From Chiloscyllium plagiosum (lineage: Eukaryota): a stretch of 64,000 nucleotides of DNA. Of the stretch, positions 52,720 through 64,000 are shown piece by piece. The DNA lies in contig NC_057734.1 of assembly GCF_004010195.1 (NCBI RefSeq), positions 22,559,736 through 22,623,735 of the forward strand, in the 5' to 3' direction. A program made the position numbers and the translations under genes. Every line of letters begins with the position of its first letter. Position 1 is the first letter of the stretch. The notes beneath the pieces were generated by a model. It saw only the letters and a program-made list of their open reading frames with translations. It searched no databases and was not told the origin of the DNA.

Positions 52720-55627
52720 ACTGTTATATAAAGTAGTTGAGTAAATTAATGTTTACATCAAAGTTCTCTCATTGCAAGTTTAAAATTTGTTGTAACCTTC
52801 AGCTGCTCCCAGAGTTCCAAGTTTCTAGTAATTTCATAGCAAATACCTTTACCAACAACAAGCACTGATTGCTTTGTTCCTGATTTTGCAATTTTAAGAT
52901 TGTTGATGTTTACCATCAGAATCAGGATCAAATTTTGTGAAGTGATTAAAATAGTATTTGGCTTTGCAAATCAGTAAGGAAAAGAAAGGAACAAGTGGTT
53001 TAAAATGTTTGATTTCTGGGTTCAAAAGGTTGATTAACATAGCATTAACAATTATCACATGGTCTTAAGGTACAGTTAATTAGCAGACTTAACTTTCTGT
53101 GACAAGTTCAATGGAAAATTAATATGCAAATCCACCAAGCTCTTAGAAATCACACGGAGCCTAAGGACAAGATGCTGCTTTTGCAAAACAAAAGATGGAG
53201 TTACATAATTCAACCAGCAAGTTCTGAAGATTCACAATACTCAGTATACCTTTTAACCACCTGAATTTTCTGGCAGAGTTGCACTTTAATTACTTGGCAG
53301 TGGATTATGTGTCATAATTTCTCCAGCAAGATTTGGCCCATTATGTTTTGTCAGACTATTTCAGGGGAATGGCTTGATAGTTAAGCAATAATACTTTTAG
53401 GTTTTTTTTTGTATGTTAGTCAGCAAGTTTTAATGAATTATAACTTGTAAAGGAAAGTAAAAGGAAAGTAAACCAGATAATCTAAACTCGGTTGCAATTT
53501 TATTTGTTAAACACAGTGTGTTTAGCCAACAGTCTATGGGCTAGAAAATTACTTTTTGAATGATCTCATCCAATAGAATATTCTGAAACAAATGGCCATA
53601 AACGAATCAGAGTTAATAGTTTATACAAATGCAGGCATCCAACTTGCAGATTGTCTTAATGTTAATCAACATATCATTTTTTCCATAATTTATTTTGTTA
53701 CAGGGACATTAACTCATTTCCATTTGCTTCACACTCCCACAGCTAGTGATCTGACAACTCTCAAAATATTAAGCATTAATAATTTGTTACAGAAATAGCT
53801 TAAGTTTTCACTTTATGACTCATCTGAAATTTCTAAGGTTTACAATCCAGCATCTTAGGCCGCAGATTATTGAAGCAGTTTCTCCCTCAGTTGTTCCATA
53901 ATTTGGATAAGAGTCAAATCGTCAGTGAAGCCTCCGTGCATTTTTAAGGCAATATTTTTCATACTTGTTTTTTTCAGACCCTATTTAGAGAATTATAGCA
54001 GTAGCAAAACGTCTTTGGAAAGAGAAACACCTCTTAGTAAGTAAGAACAAGTATTGGATAATGTGCTGTGTTTTCAATATCTTCAATCCAACTTAAAGTG
54101 GTACGTTACTAAACATGCTGGTTTTACATTTTCCTCACCAGCATTTATTACCCTCTAACGTTTTGACCATTTGCTGGGATGTAATTTTACAGGCACTAGT
54201 CATGTTGCTGGTGATAATTTTAATGAATCTGTTCAAAGGTTATAATATACACCTCTGGTGCAGGTGGGACTTGAACACGGAACCTCTCAGCCAGAGGTCG
54301 GAACATTACCACTGCAACACAAGAACTCCTCAGCATTTTGCTGGATCTCATTCAGATGAACATTATTCACCTGAATGATATACCAGATGTTAACAAGCTA
54401 TCATAAATGTCAACACAGTCAAGCTATTACCTGTTTCTACATGATGACTATAAACACAAACATACTCATGTACACAAACAAAACAATGCTCATACATTTG
54501 CAATAGGGGTCAGCGAATAACAATAAGATGAAAGAAGTCTCATCAACATTTCCAACCCTAATCCAGTTGAAGTGGTTAACTGGTTAATTTAGTATTAACT
54601 GAACAAGTGCCAGTTAAAATGTGACTTTCTGGTTTGAGTAGATCTTGGGCTAAATCCACTGAGACATAAAGAGAACTGTGTTTTTGTTCTCAAAACTATC
54701 ATATCACATACTCATAACAGTAAGACTGCTATTTAAGAAAGGAAATAGGAAGAATATAGAGAACTACAGGTCAAGTGGGTTAGCATCAACCAGCAGAAAA
54801 TGCTGGAATCCATCATTAAGGAGGCTAACGGGTACCCAGAAGACTATAACATGATTTGGCAGAGTCAACATGGTTTTATGAAGGAGAAGTCAATTTATTA
54901 ATTTTTTAAAATAATTCCTGGGATCAGAGGGCTGCCCTCTGAAGAGAGGTTGAGTAAAATGGATCTACTCTCCCTGGAATTTAGAAGAATGAGGAGTAAT
55001 CTCACTGAAACAAATCTTCTGAGAAGGCTACAAATTCCCAGGATAAGGGATCTACTATTTTTTACCCATTCATGGGATGTGGACACTGTTGGCTAGGCCA
55101 GGATTTATTGCCCCTGTTGCCCTTGAGAAGGTGGTGGTGAGCTGCCATCTTGAACCATTGCACTTCATCTACTGTGCGTGGACCCATAGTGCTGTTAGGG
55201 AGGGAATCTACTGAGATGAGGAAAAATTTCTTCACATAAAGGATTGTAAACGTTTGAAGTGCTTGCTCCAGAGGGAGGTAAATCTTCAGTCACAGACTGT
55301 ATTCAGGATTAATATTGATAGTTGTTTTGGACGCTAAAGGAAACTGAATGATTCAGGGAGTGGCCAGAAAAGTGGCAACAAGATTTAAAAGATCAGTCAT
55401 GAGTTTATTGAATGTTGGAGGATATACAAGAGGTCTGTGGCCCATACCCGCTCCCTATCTTTTACCTTCTGATGTTCTTATTAACATATTACTCAATATT
55501 CTAAGATAAAATATGGCATAATTTCTCCACACACATTTTGTCCAATAGTCACACTTTAGGTGTGATAAATGTTACATTCAACTCTTGAATGTTGAGTGCC
55601 TTCTATGTAAGTATAAACGCAGTTCCT

Positions 55628-55742
55628 AGGGTCTTGTGGTCTGGTGTTAATAGTGTCCTTAACCCTTGACCAGAAGGACTGGGTTCGAATCCCACCTCTC
55701 TCGGAGGTATGCCATAACATGTCTGAACAGATAGATTAAAAA
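55628..55742 (+). mobile_element. Short tRNA-derived SINE (about 110 bp); minus copies near 43945-44045, 47450-47550 and 54228-54330
   Basis: B box GGTTCGAATCC and a shared ...cataacatgtctgaacag end. Confidence 0.65.
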
Positions 55743-55823
55743 TTATTTAATTGTGACTTGTTTGGTGATAGTGACATCTCTAAGAATGAATATAACAGAA
55801 AAATATAAAGACGAAAAACTCAC

Positions 55824-55905
55824 AGCTGTTTCTGTAGTCTTGTTGTTAAATACCAGTCTTGCAAATGGATCGGATGTGCCAGAAATATCTCTTGGTGCGA
55901 GGTCT
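55824..55905 (-). CDS. RASAL1: RASAL1 internal exon, start of C2B domain: (R)DLAPRDISGTSDPFARLVFNNKTTETA
   Basis: 82 nt between a tctccttag acceptor and a gtgagt donor, phase 2 to 0. Closely matches the recalled human RASAL1 segment DLAPRDISGTSDPFARVFWGSQSLETS. Confidence 0.92.
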
Positions 55906-56414
55906 CTAAGGAGATAATAAAGAATAAAAGAATAAAAGATCCATAATACTTTCTCAGGTCACAGCCAAAGTAGTAAGTTATTAAATTGCAGTCTGAGCAC
56001 ACAGCTTCACCACAGTTAATTAGCAGTGATAAGATAATAGAAGTAAATCCATCAGGAATATCTGAGCAGCAGCAATGAGCATAATGAGGCCAACCACCTC
56101 CTCTCCTCAGTTTAGTCAAAAAGTGAATTGAGTTTCACCTTGATCTGCAAAAGGCTCTGAATGGGCACTCCATTTGGAGTTCTTCCTATCTTGTGGGAAT
56201 GCATGAAGGATTGCCAATCACTTTTTCAGGGAGAGGTGTCTCTGTGCGTAAGATGGAAAGCACGGACTATCTACTTCACATGCTGGCTGCCTCCAGCTAA
56301 AGCTCTTTAAGCATGTTACTGGAGACAACAGTCTTTCCTCAGGTATTGGTGGTCCCAACTTCTTACTCCAATGGAAAGGTATGTTGAAAATGATGAAAGT
56401 TAAAGGGACACATG

Positions 56415-56746
56415 ATTAGATTAGATTAGATTAGATTAGATTAGATTAGATTAGATTACTTACAGTGTGGAAACAGGCCCTTCGGCCCAACAAGTCCACA
56501 CCGACCCGCCGAAGCATAACCCACCCATACCCCTACATTTACCCCTTACCTAACACTATGGGCAATTTAGCACGGCCAATTCACCTGACCTGCACATCTT
56601 TTGGACTGTGGGAGGAAACCGGAGCACCCAGAGGAAACCCACGCAGACACGGGGAGAATGTTCAAACTCCACACAGTCAGTCGCCTGAGGCCGGGTCTCT
56701 GGCGTTGTGAGGCAGCAGTGTTAACCACTGTGCCACCGTGCTGCCC
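56415..56746 (-). mobile_element. HE1-type SINE with expanded (ATTAG)n tail and internal B-box deletion
   Basis: Near-identical to 2575-2893 but lacks the attgaac segment. Confidence 0.9.
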
Positions 56747-56989
56747 ACCCCATCAGTTCCTGGGGATTTATTAACTTTCAGCTCCATTAATTTCTCTAGT
56801 TCTCTAGTATAATCTTCTTACTGATGCTAATTTCTTTTAATTCCCCAACCTCTATGGCCGCTAAGATCTCTAGCGCTGGTACATTTCTGGTATCTTCCTC
56901 AATGAAAACAGACACAAATCATCATTCAGCTTCTCTGCCATTTCTCTATTTCCCATTCTCCTGAATCTGCCGATACTGAACGAATGAAC

Positions 56990-59370
56990 AAAAAACAGAA
57001 ATTGCTAGAAAAGCTCAGCAGGTCCGGTGACATCTATGGAGAGAAATCAGAATTAACGTTTCGTGTCCAATGATCCTTCCTCAAAACCGATGGTAGTTAG
57101 GAAAATGTCAGAAGATAGGGTGAGAAAAGGGGGTAAGGAGTAAACAATAGGTTGGGATAAAGCCCAAAGAGAGAGAAGAACAGTTGGACAGATAAAAGAG
57201 TGGATAATGATCTGGCTGAGAGGGTGAATGGAGACTGTTAGTGGCTAACAATGGGTTGTGTCTAATACTGGACTATAAGATAACAAGATCTGGTGTTGGG
57301 GGTGGTGGCTTTGACATGGGAGAGTTCAAGCTTAAAAGTTATTGTCTCGATATTGAGTCTGGAGGGCTGCAGGATCCCCAAGCATAAAATGACATGTTGT
57401 TCTTCCAACTTGTGCTAAGCTTCACTGGAGCAAAGCAGCAAGCGTGAGACAGAGCTATTGGCCAAGGAACAGAGTGGTGTGTTAAAGTGGCAGGCAACTG
57501 GAAGCTTAAGGTCATTCTTGCGGGCAGAACATAGGTATTCTGTGAAGCCGTCACCCAGTCTATGCTTCGTATCCCCAGTGTACAGAAGGCCGCATTGTGA
57601 ACAGACAATGCAGTAGACTAGGTTGTGAGAAGTGCAGTAAAGTGCTAGTTCACCTGGAAGGTATGTTTGAGCCCTTGGATACTGAGGAGGAAGGATCTAA
57701 ATGGGCAGCTGTTACACATCCGGCAGTTGCAAGGGGAAGGTACCGTGGGGCTGTGGGGGAGGTGTAGGAAGAGTGGGTCAGGGTATCCTGCAGAAGGCGG
57801 GCGAGGGTAATATGTGTCTGTTGGTGGCATCTCACTGGAGGTGGCGGAAGTGGCAGCTAATGATCTTCTAAATGTGGATACTGATGGAATGGTAAGGACA
57901 AGGCCACAATTTCCTCTCCCACGTGGTCGATGATGCCCTCCAGCACATCTCATCCACTTCCCGCACCTCTGCCCTCGAACTCCACCCCTCCAACTGCAAC
58001 AAGGACAGAACACCCCTGGTCCTCTTCTTCTACCCCACCAACCTCCAGATACATAGCATCATCCTCCGCCATTTCCACCACCTACAAACAGACCCCACCA
58101 CCAGGGATATATTTCTCTCTCCACCCCTATCTGCATTCCGTAAAGACCATTCCCTCTGCAACTCCTTTGTTACGTCCACAGCCCCCACCAACTCACCCTC
58201 CCCTCCCGGCACCTTCCTCTGCCACCACAAGAATTACAAAACCTGCACCCACACCTCCCCCTTATCTCCATCTAAGGCCCCAAAGAAGCCTTCCGCATCC
58301 GACAGAGATTCACCTGCACTTCCACACACATCATTTATTGTGTTTGTTGCTCTCGATGTGTTCTCTTTTACATTGCAGAGACAGGACACCTACTTGCAAA
58401 CATTTCAAAGAACATCTCTGGGACACCCACACCAACCAACCCCACCTCTCCATTGCTGACCAGTTTAACTTCCCTTCCCACTCCCCCAAGGACATCCAGG
58501 GCCAGGGCCTCCTCCATCACCAAACTCTTACCATCCAATGCCTGGAGGAAGAACACCTCATCTTCTGCCATGGGACCCTCCAAACACATGAGATCAACTT
58601 GGATTTCACCAATTTCTAATTTCCCCTCCCCCCATCTTATTCCAGATTAAACCTTCCAACTCAACACCGCCCTCATGACCTGTCCTACCTGTCCATTTTC
58701 CTTCCCACTCCAGTCTCCTCTCCCACCTATCACCATTACCCCCAACTCCATCCATCTATTGCACTCTCAGCTACCTTGCCCCCAGCCCCAGCTCCACCCC
58801 CCTCCCATTTATCTCCAACCCCCCTCCCACAAGCCTCATTCCTAATGAACAGCTTATGTTTGAAACAACATTCTCCTGCTCCTCAGATGCTGCCTGACGG
58901 GTTGTGCTTTTCCAGCACCACACTCTCGACTCTGATCTCCAGCATCTGCAGTCCTCACTTTCTCCAAGGACAAGGGGAACGCTATTGCTGTAGCAGGACG
59001 GAAGAGAGGGGGTGAGGGCCGAAGTGTGAGAGGTGAGTTGGACCCAGTTGAGGGACAAGTCAACAATGGTACTGGGGAATCTTAGGTTGAGGAAGAAATT
59101 GGACATTTTGTAGTCTTCCTTGACGAAGTTGGCACCGTCGGAACATTTGCAACAGTGACGGAGGAACTGGGAGAACAGAAAGCAGGGTGGAAGGATGTAT
59201 AGTCCTGATAACTGAGAGTTGGTGGGTTTGTAGTAGATATTAGTGGCCAGTCTATCTCCAGAAATAGAAACAGAAATGTCGAGGAAGGGAAGGGAGGAGT
59301 CAGAAATGGACCAGGTGAAAGTGAAGGAGGGGTAGAAATTGGAAGCAAAATCAAGAAACCTTTCCAATTC
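56990..59370. mobile_element. PLE cluster: an older minus-strand element interrupted by a plus-strand PLE (about 57902-58965)
   Basis: ORFs 57923 and 57930 (RTPLVL, RFKEHL-like, LEEEHLIF) and 58771 (FTWSISDSSLPFLDISVSI). Hammerhead remnants near 57055 and 58840. Confidence 0.88.
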
Positions 59371-60208
59371 CAAACGAGAGAGAAGAGTACCCATGTGGAT
59401 ATAATGAACTGACATGTGTTTTACTCAAACGTTTCTGTTTGACATCCCTAAAGCAGCTATTACAATCTGCTTTTATGCTCTTTGCTAGATTGAATTCATA
59501 TTCTATCCTCTCTTTCCTTTTCAGTTTTTTGATCTTCCTTTGTTGCATTCTAAAAATCTAACAATCCTCAGAATTACTGCTATTCTGGTAAATGTTTAGG
59601 TCTTTTCTTTTAATCTTACAGAATACTGAACATCTTGATCCACAGTTGACTGACATCTTTGAGTTTGTGCACCTTGAAGGAGTTTATGTAGGTGCTGTAA
59701 CTCACATAACAGCTCTTTAAAGACCATCTATTACCCGTGCCTTTTAATGCATCTTTTTAATTCACCTCAACCAATTAATGTTAATGCCTTCATGATTTCC
59801 CTTATTCAAAATTAACACTCTTGCTTTAGACTGAAAAACTTGGCTCTCAATTACAATATAAAATTTCATCATCGCGTCATTCATCTCAAAAGATTATTTA
59901 CAACAAGCTTGTTAATTAGCCCCTTTTGATTATATAATACTGAATTTAAAATAAGGCGTCCTCTGTTGGCTCAACATACTGCTCCACCAAAGCATCCCTA
60001 ACACACTCCAGAGAACTGTTTTAGTGCTCAGTTGGTTTACTCAGTCTACGTGCAGATTGAAGGCATCCATTTTAACCATGTTGCCTAATCGACATGCTTC
60101 TCCTGGTTGATACCATGCCCCACGTAGAAACTGAGTGATGCCAACAGTGTGGGTTCAATTCCTGCTTGCCTGAGGCATGGTGACTCTTAGGTTAAACTCA
60201 TCACCAGT

Positions 60209-60210
<2 letters not shown>

Positions 60211-60241
<31 letters not shown>
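60211..60241. repeat. (TC)15 microsatellite
   Basis: Read directly. Confidence 0.98.
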
Positions 60242-60242
<1 letters not shown>

Positions 60243-61621
60243 ACAAGAGCATAAGGTCATTTCCCTTCACTATCACTATTATTTTGTGGCCCGTAAAGAA
60301 CTCCAAGCAATGTCTGCTGCCACTTGCTACTTTTTAGTTCCACCCAAACAGATTCCATACCTTCCTCTTCCAGTCTGAGACCCGATCTTATAATGCACCT
60401 GTCCAATTTCATATTATCAGCACAACTCCAACTCCATTTTGTTCTTACCTGTCCACCCTAAACATTAAATGCCCTTGATTATTCAGGTCCCACTTCTGGT
60501 CACCATGCAGTCATATTTCTGGTAATGGTAATTAGATCATAGCCCTGTATCTCTATTTGTGCCTTTAGATCATCTACCTTGTTGTGAATGCTGTTTGCAA
60601 ATTGCTATTAACTTTGTATTTTTAACATCATTGGTCTTTTAAAGCATGCACAACGCTCAGCTTTGTTTCCCGTTTTCTAGTCTCCCTCGTGTCTTTTTGA
60701 CTTCCTGTTCCCACCTTTACTTCCTTCCAGTTTGGGTTACCTTGAGGTTCCCATCTTCCTGACGAATTAGTTTAAACCCACCCCAACAGCATTAGCAAAT
60801 CTCCCTGCAAGGATATCATTTCCAGTCCCAGTAAGGGGTAACTTATCCAGTATGTACAGGTCCCAGCTTCCTCCAACCCAGTCCCAATTTCTCAGAAATC
60901 TGATCACTTCCCTCCTACATCAGTTCCACAGCCATGTATTCAATAGATTGATCCTTTTGTTCTTACACTCTCTAGAGTAAGGCACTGGGAGTAATCCTGA
61001 GATCACTGCTCCTGAATTTCTACTTTTCACCCTAACTACCTGAAAACTGCTATCAGGCCCCCATCCCTCTTCCTATCCATGCTGTTGGTACCAATGTGGA
61101 CCACAACCTCTGATGGATTACCCCCACCCCTGCATCTGCTCCATGACATCCTTGACCCTGGCTACACAGTATCCTGAAGCCATTTTCACTGCCACTAGAA
61201 AGTCTATCTCAACCCCTGACTATGATTATTGCTTTTCCATTCTTCGTCCTCCTTCCCTGTGCTTTCCATAGCGCTTTGGGTTTGGCTATGGCTACACCCC
61301 CCCCGATTATGTGTAGCCCCTATGGCTACACATAATCACTTTCCAAATGGAATACCAATGAGCAAGCATGGTAGACTTGGGGAATCCTGCATTGCCTGTT
61401 TTTTCAGACTGCCTGCTAGTCACCCATTCCCTCCCTGCCTACACACTTCAAATCTATGTTCTGACCACTTTTCTTACTTTGTGTCTGTGTAGAAGGAGCC
61501 CAGCACTTAACAATGTCATGCCTAACTGTATCAAAGTGACATTAGATCCTAAACATTATGAGATCTTATTCACACTCAATACTGAGGTTTCCAACCATTT
61601 CTGGCATAATATAAATACATT

Positions 61622-62970
61622 AGGAGAAAGTCCGGACTGCAGATGCTGGAGAATCAGAGTTGAAAAGGGTGGCGCTGGAAAAGCACAGCAAGTCAGGCAG
61701 TGTCCAAAGAGCAGGAGAGTTGATGTGTCAGGCATAAGTCCTTTCATCAGGAATGTGGAGTGGGAAGGGGATAAATAGGGGAGTGGGATTGGGCTGGGGG
61801 GGAAGATAGATGTTCAAAGTTGGGAGAAGATTTGTAGCTCAGGTGCTTGTTAGATTAGATTAGATTCCCTACAGTGTGGAAACAGGCCCTTCGGCCCAAA
61901 AAGTCCACACCGACCCGCCGAAGCGCAACCCACCCAGACCCATTCCCCTACATTTACCTCTTCACCTAACACTACGGGCAATTTAACTTGGCCAATTCAC
62001 CTAACCTGCACATTTCTGGACTGTGGGAGAAAACCGGAGCACCCAGAGGAAACCCACGCAGACACAGGGAGAACGTGCAAACTCCACACAGAGAGTCGCC
62101 TGAGGCGGGAATTGAACCCGGGTCTCTGGCACTGTGAGGCAGCAGGGCGGCACACTGTGCCACTTTGCCACCCACCAGCTCCTGACAATCGGAAGCAGCA
62201 GATACAAATCACTATTAATGCTGGAGGAAACAACACAGAAGCGCTTCACAGGAGGCTCCCAAGCATTGAGGATGTCACCCAGACAGGGGACGAAACGTCT
62301 GCAATACAAATTCCCAGCTCGGCGAACAGAACCACAACAACAGGAAGATAGATGGGAGGGCGATAGGTGGATGCAGGTGGGGGTAATTATGATAGGTAGG
62401 AGGGGAGGTTGGAGTGGATAGGTGGGAAGGAAGATGGACAGGTAGGACAGTTCAAGAGGGAGGTGCCGAGTTGGAAGGATGGATCTGGGATGAGTTGGGG
62501 GTAGGAGAGATTTGGAAACTAGTGAATTCGATGTTGATGCCGCATGGTTGAAGGGTCCTAAAGGTGGAAGATAAGGCATTCTTCCTCCAATTGGTGGGTG
62601 GCTTTGATTTGGCAGTGAAGGAGGTCCAGGACTTGCATGTCTTTGGGGAAGTGGGAGGGGGAGTTGAAGTGGTCGGCCACAGGATGGTGGGGCTTGTTTG
62701 GTGCATGTGTCCCAGAGATCTTCCCTGAAACTTTCTGTGAGTAGGCATTCTGTCTTCCTAATGTAGAGGAGACTACACCAAGAGAAACGGATGCGACAAA
62801 TGAGGTGTTTGGATGTGCAGGAAAATNNNNNNNNNNNNNNNNNNNNNNNNNNNGTCCCTGTGGAACGCACATAGGGATGAGGAGAATCTGATGGTGGGGT
62901 CTGACTGAAGGTGGCAGAAGTGGTGGAGGTTATTGCACTGTATTAGTGGGATGGAAAGTGAGGACCAATA
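61622..62970 (-). mobile_element. PLE containing a nested second-family PLE (61813-62342), which contains an HE1 SINE (about 61849-62160)
   Basis: TSD ggaagatagatg at 61801-61812 and 62343-62354. GIY-YIG remnants (HPVADHFNSPSH, LEEECLIF). Confidence 0.88.
62827..62853. other. Assembly gap (27 N)
   Basis: Read directly. Confidence 1.
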
Positions 62971-63654
62971 TAAATATATGTCTTTCTCTTGGCTTTACCC
63001 AAAGGTAACAGTAGAGAAGGCTCAAGTGGAAAGTCAGCTGTAGGCTCATTATTGCAATCTGCAGCCGTTCCTATTGACGTGCACTCAGTGAGTCCCTTTC
63101 TCACTGCCACAATGCCGTGACCACCTCAGCCCTCTTTGACCACCTGAAGAAACAAACTCGATACTACAGCCATGTGACATTCCTCAGCTGCTGTCTTCGC
63201 AACCATCTTGCCTGCCTACTGAAAAGCAAAGCAGTCAGGAGAAACCAGGTCTGTATGCTGACATATGCCTGTATGGCACACATTGCTTTCAACTGCAATC
63301 CAATTCAAAATTTCACTCGTGTTGGAAGAAATTCAGGGCTCCATGCCAGAGTGATGGATTTTGTTCCTGTATGGAGAGGAGAGTTTCTCCTTTCCTCCAA
63401 AGAGATAATACCAGTCACAAAATAATTGAAAATAAACTGTGCAGAATCCCTCTGATAACAAGTGTTGGCACAGCTGGAGCATGATTCGATATTTGACATG
63501 TGTTTGCTCCTCTGTGCTGCTGCAGAGCCAAAGCTGCTGTGAGAAGCCATAGTTTCGAACACCTCTGGGAGGCTCCTCAGGGCTCTCCGTGTATCCACAC
63601 TGCAAGATCTGGGGAAGGCGGACATTTTCAAGCTTTTGACAGGAATGGAGTTAA

Positions 63655-63735
63655 AAATCACACAACACCAGGTTATAGTCCAACAGGTTTAATTGGAAGC
63701 ACCAGCTTTCGGAGGGCTGCTCCTTCATCAGGCGG
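63655..63735 (-). mobile_element. PLE terminal fragment of another family with hammerhead motif
   Basis: Minus strand CUGAUGA-AGGAG...CUCC-GAAAGCUGG; the cleavage triplet is mutated. Confidence 0.7.
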
Positions 63736-64000
63736 ACAGGAACGGAACCAGAGAACCATATTAACTGATTACGAATCTTAAACAGTTCAAATGCCAGTTA
63801 GTTCACCTCCACACCAGAACATTAGGGGAAAAGAGGAAGCTCAAACTTTTTTTTTGCATGCCATTGTGAAGGAATAATTTAAATGGGCTCAAAAGATAAT
63901 TGGTTGCAATTCCATGGACAGAAGAATTCAGGGATATGAGACAACAAAGATGTGGGAGCATGAAATACAGGCCAAGTTAGTGGGCCCAATGGCTCTGAAA

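Noticed and set aside
55628-55742. Possible tRNA gene
   Set aside because: Has a B box but no proper cloverleaf, and diverged copies occur elsewhere, so it is a SINE head.
22077-55905. Assignment to RASA4 rather than RASAL1
   Set aside because: DISGTSDPFAR, TIKKTRFPHW and WDWDMVGKNDFLG match RASAL1 better, from recollection; a phylogeny would settle it.
56229-56342. Plus-strand exon-like segment (tttttcag...cag|gtattg)
   Set aside because: Weak donor, no recognisable peptide and no partner exon.
56415-56458. (ATTAG)n array as telomeric or CRISPR-like repeat
   Set aside because: Expanded HE1 SINE tail; no spacers, and not TTAGGG.
57923-59415. Several overlapping ORFs of about 180-230 aa
   Set aside because: Frameshifted PLE remnants and C-rich low-complexity frames.

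Overview
Cartilaginous-fish genomic DNA; the HE1-type SINE with (TTAGA)n tails and the CR1/Penelope mix suggest a bamboo/epaulette-type shark (inference). The window is almost all intron of a minus-strand RASAL1 (GAP1-family RasGAP) gene. Four phase-compatible exons encoding the C2B domain and the linker toward the GAP domain are at 55824-55905, 47690-47830, 29645-29736 and 22077-22194. The introns hold CR1 LINEs, HE1 and Deu-type SINEs, one complete decayed Ty3/Gypsy element (5755-9988, with LTRs, PBS, PPT and TSD), a solo LTR, a Tx1 fragment and many Penelope-like element (PLE) pieces. Main points of interest: about a dozen minimal hammerhead ribozyme motifs of about four families, many in tiny fold-back PLE insertions with 12-17 bp TSDs; several locally templated duplications; a candidate in-frame cassette exon (755-850); and a candidate nested antisense two-exon microprotein gene (10782-15946). 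Exons, TSDs and motifs were counted by hand; other repeat boundaries are approximate, and family names come from recalled consensus features, not searches.
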